A stretch of 64,000 nt of DNA from Escherichia coli (GCF_016026235.1 NZ_CP065613.1); one strand, 5' to 3'. Counted from the first letter of the stretch, positions 31,776 through 46,548 are shown. Made by a program: numbers and translations. Notes: a model not told the origin generated them from the letters alone.

Positions 31776-32104
31776 TGGAGACGTTTCACTGGAAAGTGCG
31801 CCCGGATATGAATGTGGTATCAGAGCCGAAAGTGGTGACAGTGAAGCTGGGCGATGGTTATGAACAGCGTCGTGCGGCGGGACTGAATAACCAGTTGTCG
31901 ACTTACAGCGTGACGATACGTGTTCGTAAAGGTGAACACCCATCTTTAAAAGCCTTTCTGGAACGGCACGGTGGCGTCCGCGCATTTCAGTGGACGCCAC
32001 CTTATGACTGGAAGCCGATCAGGGTGGTTTGTCGTAAATGGTCGGCAAGCGTGGGGGCGTTGTGGGTAACCATAACGGCAGATTTTGAACAGGTCGTGGC
32101 ATAG
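31775..32104 (+). CDS. Minor tail protein M
   Basis: 109 aa, same length and gene order as lambda gpM. Confidence 0.8.
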   Translation: METFHWKVRPDMNVVSEPKVVTVKLGDGYEQRRAAGLNNQLSTYSVTIRVRKGEHPSLKAFLERHGGVRAFQWTPPYDWKPIRVVCRKWSASVGALWVTITADFEQVVA

Positions 32105-32113
32105 GAGTCTCTG

Positions 32114-32812
32114 ATGCAGGATATTCCACAGGAAACACATCATGAGACGACACGCCTCACTCAGTCAGCCCAGGTGGTGCTCTGGGAAATCGATCTGACA
32201 GTGGTCGGTGGAGAACGTTATTTTTTCTGTAATGAGCAGAACGATAAAGGTGAGCCGGTCACCTGGCAGAGGCGACAGTATCAGGCGTATCCCATTCAGG
32301 GGACGGGATTTGAACTGAACGGCAAAGGCAGTGCTGCCCGTCCGACACTGACGGTTTCTAACCTGCACGGCATGGTCACCGGGATGGCGGAAGACCTGCA
32401 GAGTCTGGTCGGAGGAACGGTGGTCCGGCGTAAGGTTTACGCCCGTTTTCTGGATGCGGTGAACTTCGTCAACGGAAACAGTGACGCCGATCCGGAGCAG
32501 GAGGTGATCAGCCGCTGGCGCATCGAGCAGTGCAGCGAACTGAGCGCGGTGAGTGCCTCTTTTGTACTGTCCACGCCGACGGAAACGGACGGCGCTGTTT
32601 TTCCGGGGCGCATCATGCTGGCTAATACCTGCACCTGGACCTATCGCGGTGATGAGTGCGGTTATCACGGTCCGGCGGTCGCGGATGAATATGACCAGCC
32701 GACCTCCGATATCACGAAGGATAAATGCAGCAAATGCCTGAGCGGCTGTAAGTTTCGCAATAACGTCGGCAACTTTGGCGGCTTCCTTTCCATTAACAAA
32801 CTTTCGCAGTGA
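32114..32812 (+). CDS. Minor tail protein L
   Basis: 232 aa as lambda gpL; Cys cluster near C-terminus. Confidence 0.8.
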   Translation: MQDIPQETHHETTRLTQSAQVVLWEIDLTVVGGERYFFCNEQNDKGEPVTWQRRQYQAYPIQGTGFELNGKGSAARPTLTVSNLHGMVTGMAEDLQSLVGGTVVRRKVYARFLDAVNFVNGNSDADPEQEVISRWRIEQCSELSAVSASFVLSTPTETDGAVFPGRIMLANTCTWTYRGDECGYHGPAVADEYDQPTSDITKDKCSKCLSGCKFRNNVGNFGGFLSINKLSQ

Positions 32813-33561
32813 ATCCCATGACAGAGACAGAATCAGCGATTCTGGCGCACGCCCGGCGATGTGCGCCAGCGGAGTCGTGCGGCTTCGTGGTGAGAACACC
32901 GGAGGGGGAAAGATATTTTCCCTGCGTGAATATCTCCGGTGAGCCGGAGGAGTATTTCCGGATGTCGCCGGAGGACTGGCTGCGGGCAGAGATGCAGGGT
33001 GAGATTGTGGCGCTGGTCCACAGCCACCCCGGTGGTCTGCCCTGGCTGAGTGAGACCGACCGGCGGCTGCAGGTGCAGAGTGATTTGCCGTGGTGGCTGG
33101 TTTGCCGGGGGGCGATTCACAAGTTCCGCTGTGTGCCACATCTTTCCGGGCGGCGCTTTGAGCACGGGGTGACGGACTGTTACACGCTGTTCCGGGATGC
33201 TTACCATCTGGCGGGGATTGAGATGCCGGATTTTCATCGCGAGGATGACTGGTGGCGTAACGGTCAGAATCTCTATCTGGATAATCTGGAGGCCACAGGG
33301 CTGTATCAGGTGCCGTTGTCAGCGGCGCAGCCGGGCGATGTGCTGCTGTGCTGTTTTGGTTCATCGGTGCCGAATCATGCCGCCATTTACTGTGGTGACG
33401 GCGAGCTGCTGCACCATATTCCTGAACAACTGAGCAAACGAGAGAGGTACACCGACAAATGGCAGCGACGCACACACTCCCTCTGGCGTCACCGGGCATG
33501 GCACGCATCTGCCTTTACGGGGATTTACAACGATTTGGCCGCCGCATCGACCTTCGAGTGA
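32809..33561 (+). CDS. Tail assembly protein K (MPN/JAB + NlpC/P60)
   Basis: HSHPGG JAB motif and Cys/His peptidase motifs. Confidence 0.75.
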   Translation: MNPMTETESAILAHARRCAPAESCGFVVRTPEGERYFPCVNISGEPEEYFRMSPEDWLRAEMQGEIVALVHSHPGGLPWLSETDRRLQVQSDLPWWLVCRGAIHKFRCVPHLSGRRFEHGVTDCYTLFRDAYHLAGIEMPDFHREDDWWRNGQNLYLDNLEATGLYQVPLSAAQPGDVLLCCFGSSVPNHAAIYCGDGELLHHIPEQLSKRERYTDKWQRRTHSLWRHRAWHASAFTGIYNDLAAASTFE

Positions 33562-34106
33562 AAACGGGGTCCGAAGCCATCCGGGCGCTGGCCATGCAGA
33601 TCCCGGCGTTTCGTCAGAAACTGAGCGACGGCTGGTACCAGGTACGCATTGCCGGGCGTGATGCAGGTGAAACCGAATTGTCTGCCCGTCTTAATGAGCC
33701 GCTGGCAAATGGTGCCGTGATCCACATCGTGCCGCGTCTGGCGGGAGCTAAAAGTGGCAGTGTGTTTCAGGTGGTGCTGGGGGTGGCGCTGATTGCGGTG
33801 GCATGGTGGAACCCTGTGGGCTGGCTGGGTGCCGCGGCTGTATCGGGCATGTATGCGGCAGGGGCCAGTATGATCCTGGGCGGAGTGGCGCAGATGCTGG
33901 CACCGAAAGCCAGGACGCCCACGGCAGCAAGTACAGATAACGGCAAACAGAACACCTATTTCTCCTCACTGGATAACATGGTTGCCCAGGGCAATGTTCT
34001 GCCCGTTCTGTACGGTGAAATGCGCGTGGGGTCGCGGGTGGTCTCTCAGGAGATCCGCACGGCAGACGAAGGGGATGGTGGTCAGGTTGTGGTGATTGGT
34101 CGCTGA
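33459..34106 (+). CDS. Tail assembly protein I
   Basis: MAATHTLPLASPGMARICLYGDLQRFGRRIDLRVKTG matches recalled lambda gpI; overlaps 3' end of K. Confidence 0.7.
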   Translation: MAATHTLPLASPGMARICLYGDLQRFGRRIDLRVKTGSEAIRALAMQIPAFRQKLSDGWYQVRIAGRDAGETELSARLNEPLANGAVIHIVPRLAGAKSGSVFQVVLGVALIAVAWWNPVGWLGAAAVSGMYAAGASMILGGVAQMLAPKARTPTAASTDNGKQNTYFSSLDNMVAQGNVLPVLYGEMRVGSRVVSQEIRTADEGDGGQVVVIGR

Positions 34107-34163
34107 TGAAAAACGTTTTATGTGAAACCGCCTCCGGGCGGTTTTGTCGTTTATGGAGCGTGA

Positions 34164-37575
<3,412 letters not shown>

Positions 37576-37644
37576 AATTGTTATAACCCATATAAGGGCA
37601 CCAGAAATGGTGCCTTTTTTATTGCAGAAAAGCGAGAGGTAATT

Positions 37645-38244
37645 ATGCGTAAACTTTATGCCGCCATTTTGTCCGCAGCCATTTGTCTGGCCGTATCCGG
37701 TGCGCCTGCATGGGCATCTGAACATCAGTCCACGCTGAGCGCGGGGTATCTTCATGCCTCGACGAACGTTCCCGGCAGCGATGATCTTAACGGGATTAAC
37801 GTGAAATACCGTTATGAGTTTACGGACACACTGGGGCTGGTGACGTCATTCAGCTATGCAGGAGACAAGAATCGCCAGCTTACCCGTTACAGCGATACCC
37901 GCTGGCATGAAGATTCCGTGCGTAACCGCTGGTTCAGCGTGATGGTGGGGCCGTCTGTGCGCGTGAATGAATGGTTCAGCGCGTATGCGATGGCGGGTAT
38001 GGCTTACAGCCGTGTGTCGACTTTCTCCGGGGATTATCTCCGCGTAACTGACAACAAGGGGAAAACGCACGACGTGCTGACCGGAAGTGATGACGGTCGC
38101 CACAGCAACACGTCTCTGGCGTGGGGAGCTGGCGTGCAGTTTAACCCGACCGAATCCGTGGCCATTGACCTTGCTTATGAAGGTTCCGGCAGTGGCGACT
38201 GGCGCACTGACGGTTTCATCGTGGGTGTCGGTTATAAGTTCTGA
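37645..38244 (+). CDS. lom: Lom-like outer membrane protein (Ail/OmpX family)
   Basis: Signal peptide, beta-barrel pattern ending GYKF; position between J and stf as in lambda. Confidence 0.75.
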
Positions 38245-38270
38245 TTAGCCAGGTAACACAGTGTTATGAC

Positions 38271-38296
38271 AGCCCGCTGGTTCAGGCGGGCTTTTT
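38271..38296 (+). terminator. Rho-independent terminator after lom
   Basis: AGCCCGC-TGGTTCAG-GCGGGCT followed by TTTTT. Confidence 0.55.
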
Positions 38297-38307
38297 GTGG
38301 GGTGAAT

Positions 38308-39720
38308 ATGGCAGTAAAGATTTCAGGTGTACTGAAAGATGGGGCGGGTAAACCTGTCGTAAATTGTGCGATTGAACTGCGGGCCAGAAGAACCAGTCCG
38401 ACCGTTGTGGCACACGTTGTTGCCACTTGCGTGACGGACAATAACGGTGCTTATGTGATTGAGGCTGAGCCGGGGTATTACGAGGTTGCGCTTCACTGTA
38501 ACGGCTGGCAGCCAACCCGTGTCGGGGATATTGATGTGGCACCGACTGATGCACCGGGGACACTGAACGCGTTTCTGAATGCACCAAAGGATGGTGATTT
38601 ACGTCCGGAGGTGATGAAGCGCTTTGAGGAAATGGTGGCGCAGGCGCAGCAGAGTGCCGGGGCTGCAGCCGGAAACGCACAGCAGACGGCGCAGAATGTG
38701 GCGGCAGCCGCAACGGCCCGTGATGATGCACAACGTTTTGCGGAGAATGCCAGACAGGATGCAGTTGCCACTGCAGAGGACAGAAAGGCCACTGCGGAAG
38801 ACGTGAAAAGCACGGGGAAAAACGCCGTCTTATCCGGTCAGCGTGCACAGGCAGCCGCAGGTTATGCCCGCGCAGCAGAACAGGCCAAAAATGACATTGA
38901 TGCTGCGCTGACCGGCACTCTGAAAACGGCTAACCATCTGTCAGAAATCGCAGCAGCAGGCGAAAAGGCACAACAGAAGTCCCGGGATAATCTGGGGCTG
39001 AAAAGTGCGGCCACGATGGAAGCACAGAGCGACATTTACGACCGGACAAAAGGCCGTCTGGCGATACCCGGCGCATTCGGCTTTGGGTGTGCTTTTCTGC
39101 CTGAAGATGTTATCCGTTTTGACACTAAGAGTGATTTCCTGGCCTGGGTAAGGAATGCGCTGCCAGGTGAGTATTCCGTTGCTGGCCGCCTGGGCATCAT
39201 ACCCGACACACGGTTTGAAGGGGTGCTCAGCATCCGGTGGACTGATGCACGCCCTGAGACAACAGAACCGCGGTACAGAGCCAAATCCCTTACTTTTTAC
39301 GGCATTAACGGCCCCATTTATCACACCCGCTACTGCTACTGGCCCATATCCAGACTGACTGACTGGGTGAAAATAAATATAACCACAGAAGATATTATTT
39401 ACAGAATCGTGGCGAGCTCTGTCTGCAACAGATGGGGAGACCCTGACATTGGCGGGCTGATTATTGCTGCGTACCAGGGAGAAGCTGACGGTGATAAAGT
39501 CATCAGACTTGTCAGGGGGCAGTCATACAGAGGCTCACGACTGGGACCGGTGGGGATTTCAGTGCCCAGTACTCCCACCGGAACGCATATAGCATACCCA
39601 CAATTTTTCATTACGGGATGTTCAGAGCATTCATTACCGGGGTCATATTGCGCCCTGTCCGGGGTGCCGGATGCACATGTCTCTGGCGCAATGCCCGGGC
39701 TTTTTATTCGCACATCGTGA
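38308..39720 (+). CDS. Side tail fibre protein (Stf-like)
   Basis: ATG at 38308; N-terminal prophage tail-fibre domain, Ala/Gln-rich central region. Confidence 0.55.
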   Translation: MAVKISGVLKDGAGKPVVNCAIELRARRTSPTVVAHVVATCVTDNNGAYVIEAEPGYYEVALHCNGWQPTRVGDIDVAPTDAPGTLNAFLNAPKDGDLRPEVMKRFEEMVAQAQQSAGAAAGNAQQTAQNVAAAATARDDAQRFAENARQDAVATAEDRKATAEDVKSTGKNAVLSGQRAQAAAGYARAAEQAKNDIDAALTGTLKTANHLSEIAAAGEKAQQKSRDNLGLKSAATMEAQSDIYDRTKGRLAIPGAFGFGCAFLPEDVIRFDTKSDFLAWVRNALPGEYSVAGRLGIIPDTRFEGVLSIRWTDARPETTEPRYRAKSLTFYGINGPIYHTRYCYWPISRLTDWVKINITTEDIIYRIVASSVCNRWGDPDIGGLIIAAYQGEADGDKVIRLVRGQSYRGSRLGPVGISVPSTPTGTHIAYPQFFITGCSEHSLPGSYCALSGVPDAHVSGAMPGLFIRTS

Positions 39721-39730
39721 GGAATGCACC

Positions 39731-40294
39731 GTGGAAATTAAAAAAATCATTAATCCCCGTTATACCGAAAGTGGCGCAGTAGACTGTGACGTTTTTTTTG
39801 ACGACAGGGACCAGGCAGTTCCCTACACAGCCACCGCTGATGATGTCGCACCGACGGGTCAGCAAATCTGGCAGGAACTGCAAAGTGGCAAATGGGGTGA
39901 GATAGCCCCATTCACTGTGACACCAGAAATGCTGGAAGCGGCCAGAGAGGCCAGACGTCAGGAAATTGAAGCATGGCGCGCAGAACAGGAGGCGAAGCCG
40001 TTCACGTTTGAATGGAACGGTCGTATCTGGAATGCTGGTCCCGACTCACTGGGCCGCCTGTCCCCGGTAGTCATGCTGGCAAAATCTGTCACAGCACAAA
40101 CACATATGGCGTGGAGCGATGCCGATAATCAGCAGGTGAAACTGTCGATGCCGGAACTGGAAGAACTGGCGGCAGCAATGGTGCAGGCGCAGGTCGATCG
40201 CAACGATGAGATTTATCGCCGTCAGCGGGAGCTGAAGGAAGAGCTGAATAGTCTGAAGGATTTGAATTCGGTTAGGAATTTTATCGTGGAATAA
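39731..40294 (+). CDS. hypothetical protein following stf (possible tail fibre assembly/chaperone)
   Basis: GTG at 39731 after GAGGAA; function inferred only from position. Confidence 0.35.
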   Translation: MEIKKIINPRYTESGAVDCDVFFDDRDQAVPYTATADDVAPTGQQIWQELQSGKWGEIAPFTVTPEMLEAAREARRQEIEAWRAEQEAKPFTFEWNGRIWNAGPDSLGRLSPVVMLAKSVTAQTHMAWSDADNQQVKLSMPELEELAAAMVQAQVDRNDEIYRRQRELKEELNSLKDLNSVRNFIVE

Positions 40295-40494
40295 CAGAAG
40301 CTGCGGCACGTCGTATGCAGGAACGTGCCGCGGTTGGCTGGTAAACTTTCGATAGTGCGAGTATTGAATGATTTCTAGGCGTTATCGATTTTACGTATTT
40401 TTTGCATGATAGAATTCGTACCTCCTCCCAACGACCTTCCATGGCTTTCCGGACTTCTGTAGGCTGGCGGACGATGCTGTCCTCGGATGTTGTG

Positions 40495-41352
40495 CTAATT
40501 GGGTGATAACAGATCCTGTGTATGGGCGTTTCCCTTTGTGCGTGCGTTGATGCTGGTAACGGTAAACGTCATGATGAACACGACCGCGAATAAGACGACA
40601 ATCGTCGGAGCTGGTGCGCTGTCGATAAAAAAGGACAGCCAGACACCAGTCATTGACACTATTACCGATATGCCAGTCGCCAGTAGGAGCGCAATATGAA
40701 AGCGTTGTGTCAGGAGTACTGCAATGGCGCCAGGCGCAATGAGCAGAGAAATAGAGAGAATGATACCTACTGCTTTCAGCGTCGCCACAATGGTCAGGGA
40801 AACCATGCACAGCAGCCCATAATGCAGCCATCTCGTATGCAAACCGCTTACCTGCGCCTGTTGATAATCAAAGCTGAACAGCAAAAAATCCCGCCATTTT
40901 ACGCTAATAACAAGTGTAACCAGCCCGGCAATAATCACCGTCTGGATTATATCGCCGATGGTTATCCCGAGCATGTCGCCGAAAAGAATATGGTCAAGAT
41001 GTACGTCTGGTTTGATTGCAATATACAAGATCAGACCTGCGGCAAACATGCCAGAAAAAACAATCCCCATAACTGTATCTTGCTTGATTCGGCTGTTGTC
41101 TTTCAGGTATCCCGTCGCCACCGCGCAGAATACTCCGGCGACGAATGCCCCTGTAGCCAGAGGTAACCCCAGAATCCAGGTAAGCACGATGCCAGGAAAA
41201 ACCGCATGACTCATCGCGTCACCCATCAGTGCCCAACCTTTCAGGACCAGAAAGACCGACAGCAGCGCACAGGGTATGGAAACTACCAGTGAAATCAGCA
41301 GTGCGTGACTCATAAAGGTGAACTGCAGTGGCTCCAGTAATAATGCCATCAT
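40495..41352 (-). CDS. sitD: Mn/Fe ABC transporter permease SitD
   Basis: 285-aa polytopic membrane protein; last gene of sitABCD; 4-bp overlap with sitC. Confidence 0.85.
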   Translation of the reverse strand: MMALLLEPLQFTFMSHALLISLVVSIPCALLSVFLVLKGWALMGDAMSHAVFPGIVLTWILGLPLATGAFVAGVFCAVATGYLKDNSRIKQDTVMGIVFSGMFAAGLILYIAIKPDVHLDHILFGDMLGITIGDIIQTVIIAGLVTLVISVKWRDFLLFSFDYQQAQVSGLHTRWLHYGLLCMVSLTIVATLKAVGIILSISLLIAPGAIAVLLTQRFHIALLLATGISVIVSMTGVWLSFFIDSAPAPTIVVLFAVVFIMTFTVTSINARTKGNAHTQDLLSPN

Positions 41353-42206
41353 GAGCGATCCTCCAGCGCTTTATGCGCACGCCGACGATTTGCCAAAAGT
41401 CCATGGGTGGGCGCAAATACAAATGCTAAAAGAAACAGCAGTGTCTGCGCCACCACGATGATTCCACCTGTCGCGCCGTCCAGAAAGTAACTGACCCACG
41501 CGCCGAGGAAACTGGTTACACTGCCAATAGTTACAGCAATTATGAGCAGGCGGGGAAAACGATCGGTTAACAACCATGCTGTTGCACCGGGAGTCACCAC
41601 CAGACAGATCACCAGAAAGGCACCAACCGTTTGCAGCGCCGCAACGGTCGAAACCGACAGCAGGGTGAAGAAGAGGATTTTTAATCTGCCCGGATGTAAT
41701 CCAATAGCACGGGCGTGATTCTCGTCGAAAAAGGTCACCATAAGATCTTTCCATTTGAAAAAAAGCACGATGATCGAGAGAATGCCAATGATAGTGAGTT
41801 GCAGGATATCCGCCGGATCGATTGCCAGAATATTGCCCAGGACGATGGTCTGAATGTTCACGGATGTCGGGTTCAATGACACCATAAACAGCCCCAGGCC
41901 AAAAAAGGACGAGAAGATCAGGCCGATGATGGCATCTTCTTTTAAGCGGGTGCGTTGGTTAAGAAACAGCATGCTGCCCGCTGCCAGTCCGCCGGAAAAG
42001 AAGGCTCCCAGAGAAAACGGAAGCCCCAGCATATATGCCCCCGCAACACCCGGGACAATAGAGTGCGACAGCGCATCGCCAATCAGCGACCAGCCTTTTA
42101 GCATCAGATAGCATGACAGGAAAGCGCAGAGACCGCCGACCATTGCCGAGACCCACATCGCATTGAGCATATATTCATAGCTGAAGGGTTCCAGTAGCAC
42201 GTTCAT
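41349..42206 (-). CDS. sitC: Mn/Fe ABC transporter permease SitC
   Basis: 285-aa ABC-3 family permease. Confidence 0.85.
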   Translation of the reverse strand: MNVLLEPFSYEYMLNAMWVSAMVGGLCAFLSCYLMLKGWSLIGDALSHSIVPGVAGAYMLGLPFSLGAFFSGGLAAGSMLFLNQRTRLKEDAIIGLIFSSFFGLGLFMVSLNPTSVNIQTIVLGNILAIDPADILQLTIIGILSIIVLFFKWKDLMVTFFDENHARAIGLHPGRLKILFFTLLSVSTVAALQTVGAFLVICLVVTPGATAWLLTDRFPRLLIIAVTIGSVTSFLGAWVSYFLDGATGGIIVVAQTLLFLLAFVFAPTHGLLANRRRAHKALEDRS

Positions 42207-43030
42207 CTTGCTTCCCTCTGCACCGCTGACGGTCGATGTGCCACAAAAGGGCGTTCATCGTCAGTAATAATGCTTTCTTCCGAGCCGTTAAGTGTGACAT
42301 GGCGCAGTACGCCGCTAAAAGCCAGCTCCAGGTTCTCGGCTGTAAAAGTGGTGTCTGTCGGCCCGCTTGCCAGGACGGTGCCTTTGACCATGACCGTATA
42401 ATCGCAAAATGTCGTGACTGAGCCGAGATTGTGCGTTGAGACAAGCATCGTTTTGCCTTCCGCGCGTAACTCCCTCAACAGGCTGATGATTTTCGCTTCG
42501 GTTTTCACATCAACGCCGGTAAAAGGTTCATCCAGCAGGATCACATCACCCTGCTGTGCAATCGCTCTCGCCAGAAAGACGCGTTTCTTTTGTCCACCGG
42601 AAAGCTCGCCGATTTGACGATGGCGAAAATCCACCATATCGACACGTTCCAGCGCATCGGTGACAATCTGACGATCCCTCTTTTTGGCTATACGCAACAT
42701 ACCCATATGCCCATAGCGGCCCATCATCACCACATCTTCCACCAGTACAGGAAATGACCAGTCAACCTCTTCTGACTGAGGGACGTAGGCAACCAGGTTT
42801 TTCTGTAGCGCCTGTCGCGTGGGAATACCCAGAACAGATATCTTTCCGCTGGTCAGACGCACAAATCCCATAATCGCTTTAAACAACGTCGATTTTCCGG
42901 AACCGTTTACCCCAACCAGAGCGGCAATAGATCCACTTGGTACTGTGAAGGATGCATCGCGCAGTGCTGTGTGCCCGTTACGCCAGGTGACAGTAACATC
43001 ATTAACGACAATGCCTGCAGATTGCATCAT
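42203..43030 (-). CDS. sitB: Mn/Fe ABC transporter ATP-binding protein SitB
   Basis: Walker [10 protein letters not shown], signature LSGGQKKR, Walker B ILLDEP. Confidence 0.85.
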   Translation of the reverse strand: MMQSAGIVVNDVTVTWRNGHTALRDASFTVPSGSIAALVGVNGSGKSTLFKAIMGFVRLTSGKISVLGIPTRQALQKNLVAYVPQSEEVDWSFPVLVEDVVMMGRYGHMGMLRIAKKRDRQIVTDALERVDMVDFRHRQIGELSGGQKKRVFLARAIAQQGDVILLDEPFTGVDVKTEAKIISLLRELRAEGKTMLVSTHNLGSVTTFCDYTVMVKGTVLASGPTDTTFTAENLELAFSGVLRHVTLNGSEESIITDDERPFVAHRPSAVQREAR

Positions 43031-43944
43031 TATTTCTCCCTTTTCCCGGCTTTAATTCCCTGTACCAGCGTACTGGTAGTAACCTTAAGAAGGTCGATAT
43101 ACGTAGGTACCGGGCCGTTTTCTGTGCTCAGGGAATCGACATAGAGCACACCGCCGTAGTGTGCGCCGGTTTCACGCGCAACCTGACGCGCTGGTTTATC
43201 GGAAATCGTACTCTCGCTAAAGACTGCCGGGATATGATTTTTCTTAACTATATCAACAACCTTACGTACCTGCTGCGGTGTTCCTTGTTGATCGGCATTA
43301 ATCGGCCACAGATAAAGCTCTTTTAGCCCCAAATCGCGTGCGAGATAAGAAAAAGCCCCTTCACTGGTGACCATCCATCGCTGATTCTCAGGGAGTTCCG
43401 TAATCTGCTTACGCAGGGGGGCAAGGGTTTGGGTAATCTTGGCTTTATAAGTATCGGCATTACGTTGGTAGGTTTGTGCATTTGCCGGATCGTATTTTAT
43501 CAACGCATCACGAATATTATCGACGTAAATCAGAGCATTATCTGGCGACATCCATGCATGGGGATTAGGTTTGCCCTCATAGGGTCCTTCGGTGATCCCT
43601 ACTGGCGTCACACCCGAAGAGACAATTACTTCTGGAACCCCATTGAGATGCTGGTAAAAGCGTTGGAACCACAATTCCAGATTCATACCATTGGCGAGAA
43701 TCAGTTGTGCCCCCTGCGCACGTTTAATATCGCCAGGGGTAGGCTGATACTCATGAATTTCTGCACCAGGCTTGGTTATGGATGAGACTTCTGCAGCATC
43801 TCCAGCCACGTTTTTGGCCATATCCGCGATGATGGTAAATGTTGTAATGACCTTGAATTTTTCAGTTGCACTTGCCTGAAATGCGATCGAGCAGGTGAGG
43901 GCGAGGCACCCCAAGAGCATGGTTACTTTTTTTATTGAGTGCAT
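43030..43944 (-). CDS. sitA: Periplasmic Mn/Fe-binding protein SitA
   Basis: 304 aa, signal peptide, cluster A-I substrate-binding family. Confidence 0.85.
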   Translation of the reverse strand: MHSIKKVTMLLGCLALTCSIAFQASATEKFKVITTFTIIADMAKNVAGDAAEVSSITKPGAEIHEYQPTPGDIKRAQGAQLILANGMNLELWFQRFYQHLNGVPEVIVSSGVTPVGITEGPYEGKPNPHAWMSPDNALIYVDNIRDALIKYDPANAQTYQRNADTYKAKITQTLAPLRKQITELPENQRWMVTSEGAFSYLARDLGLKELYLWPINADQQGTPQQVRKVVDIVKKNHIPAVFSESTISDKPARQVARETGAHYGGVLYVDSLSTENGPVPTYIDLLKVTTSTLVQGIKAGKREK

Positions 43945-43976
43945 AATTTAGTACCTATAGTGAGCAAAATTAGAAC

Positions 43977-43998
43977 AAACATAGCAACGGCTATGTTT
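43977..43998. promoter_or_regulatory. MntR box upstream of sitA
   Basis: Perfect inverted repeat AAACATAGC-AACG-GCTATGTTT, 33-54 bp upstream of the sitA start codon. Confidence 0.6.
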
Positions 43999-44020
43999 TA
44001 TAGCATAACCTATACAAAAT

Positions 44021-44039
44021 GAAAATAATTATCATTAAC
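44021..44039. promoter_or_regulatory. Fur box upstream of sitA
   Basis: GAAAATAATTATCATTAAC matches Fur consensus GATAATGATAATCATTATC at 15 of 19 positions. Confidence 0.5.
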
Positions 44040-44497
44040 AGCTTTGAGGCCTAAAACAGGGATTAGGTTGTTTCCTGCTGGCGACATGATATTGAGGAAA
44101 AAAGTAGAGCAGCTATTAGGCTTTGAAATGACTTTATGAGGAAAATTGTTGATGGCAAAAATGGGGCAAAACGCTGTAGAAGGGGCAAAAAAGGGGCAAA
44201 AAAAGAGTGGGTTATCGTAGCTTATTGTTGTCGCTGATAATGTTTAACATATTGAAAAATAAATAAAATACTTATGAGTCAGATAGTTGTGATTTTTGCC
44301 CTTACTTGTTCAGATTGTATTGTTCTTTCTTGCTAATTTCTTGATTTTGCGACATTTAAAAGCGACTCAATTCGTTATATGGCATCAGAAGAGTATGCGT
44401 CATGCCGGAACGCCCAGCATAAGAAATCTGATATAAAAACTGTGGCGTGTATGGTACGGATTAGAGGGGAAAATGTCAGCACATTTGCGAAATGAAT

Positions 44498-44524
44498 CAA
44501 AAAGCCCGCAGCAATGTGCGGGCG
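44498..44524 (-). terminator. Rho-independent terminator of uspF
   Basis: Minus-strand GCCCGCA-CATTGCT-GCGGGC followed by TTTTT. Confidence 0.5.
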
Positions 44525-44530
44525 TTAGTG

Positions 44531-45046
<516 letters not shown>

Positions 45047-45075
45047 TTAGATCAAAGGAGGAAGAATAAGCAGAA

Positions 45076-45102
45076 AAAGCCCGCCATAACAGCGGGCAGG
45101 AG
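45076..45102 (-). terminator. Rho-independent terminator of ompN
   Basis: Minus-strand GCCCGC-TGTTATG-GCGGGC followed by TTTTT. Confidence 0.5.
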
Positions 45103-45105
45103 GAT

Positions 45106-46239
45106 TTAGAACTGATAAACCAGACCTAAAGCGACAATATCATCGGTAGAGATGCCGTTGGCAGCGTAGAAACTGTCATCTTCATCCAACAGGTTGATTT
45201 TATAGTCAACATAAGTGGACATGTTTTTATTGAAATAGTAAGTCGCGCCAACATCGGCGTATTTAACCAGATCTTTATCATCAACACCTGCCGGGTTGTC
45301 TGCACCACCGGCAGCGTGCAGGTCACGGCCTTTAGACATCAGGAAAGAGACTGCCGGACGCAGACCAAAATCAAACTGGTACTGTGCAGTGACTTCAAAG
45401 TTCTGGGTTTTGTTTGCAACAGCATAATCGCTGTCGCCAAACGGGGTCATATTACGCGTTTCTGAATACATGGTTGCCAAGTAAATATTGTTAGCATCGT
45501 ATTTTAGCCCAGCAGTCCACGCGTCTGCTTTATCACCACCCGCCGCAGTATGGTTAACCTGGTCATTGGTGCGGTCAGAAGAGGTGTATGCCGCACCAGC
45601 GCTAAAGCCCATGCCTAAATCATATGTTGTGGAAAGACCCCAGCCGTCACCGTTTTCATGGCGAACATCACGTCCGTTGTTGGTGCCTTCCTGACCATTA
45701 CTGGCACCTTCGTTGTTACCTTGATACTGCACCGCGAAGTTCAGACCATTTACCAGACCGAAGAAATCAGTATTACGATAAGTCGCGACGCCATTGGCAC
45801 GACCAGTCATAAAGTTGTCTGCATTGGTATAAGAGTCACCGCCAAATTCAGGCAGCATATCGGTCCAGCCTTCGATGTCGTACATTACGCCATAATTACG
45901 TCCGTAATCGAAAGAACCGTAATCTGAAAATTTCAGTCCGGCAAATGCCAGACGGGTCCATGACTGGTTTTTTGAAGATTCAGTGTTGTTTGCCTGAATA
46001 TTGTATTCCCATTGACCGTAGCCAGTAAGTTGATCGTTAATTTGGGTTTCGCCTTTAAAACCCAGACGCGCATAGCTCTGGTCGCCATCTTTCGCTGAAT
46101 TATCAGAAAAATAATGCAGGCCATCAACTTTGCCATACAGATCTAATTTGTTGCCGTCTTTATTATAAACTTCGGCTGCATGTGCAGCACCTGCGCCGAG
46201 CAGGGCAGGAATTAAAAGTGCCAGTACTTTGCTTTTCAT
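45106..46239 (-). CDS. ompN: Outer membrane porin OmpN
   Basis: 377-aa OmpC/F-family porin with signal peptide, C-terminal LVYQF. Confidence 0.85.
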   Translation of the reverse strand: MKSKVLALLIPALLGAGAAHAAEVYNKDGNKLDLYGKVDGLHYFSDNSAKDGDQSYARLGFKGETQINDQLTGYGQWEYNIQANNTESSKNQSWTRLAFAGLKFSDYGSFDYGRNYGVMYDIEGWTDMLPEFGGDSYTNADNFMTGRANGVATYRNTDFFGLVNGLNFAVQYQGNNEGASNGQEGTNNGRDVRHENGDGWGLSTTYDLGMGFSAGAAYTSSDRTNDQVNHTAAGGDKADAWTAGLKYDANNIYLATMYSETRNMTPFGDSDYAVANKTQNFEVTAQYQFDFGLRPAVSFLMSKGRDLHAAGGADNPAGVDDKDLVKYADVGATYYFNKNMSTYVDYKINLLDEDDSFYAANGISTDDIVALGLVYQF

Positions 46240-46548
46240 TGAATAAATCCTTTAGTTATTTTATTTGCCTTTTATCCCCATTTCGGGGAGTGAAAACATC
46301 CTAAAGGAGAAGTTCAGTTAGCCGATAAATATCATTTGTTACGCCTTAAGTAAAACCTTAATCAAAAAATTCCTCTGAAATGATAATAAGTCTGGTGAAT
46401 GTATCGAAGATAATACATACAAAATAAAAATTATACTTTTAATTTTCTATACGTTATTCTGCGCGGGTTATATGCCTTTATTGTCACAGATTTTATTTTC
46501 TGTTGGGCCATTGCATTGCCACTGATTTTCCAACATATAAAAAGACAA

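Noticed and set aside
32165-33508. 447-aa minus-strand ORF
   Set aside because: Antisense to well-supported tail genes L, K and I; Pro/Ala/Arg-rich low-complexity product typical of GC-rich antisense frames.
40391-41166. ORFs of 146 and 156 aa overlapping sitD in other frames
   Set aside because: Overlap a confident permease gene; shadow ORFs.
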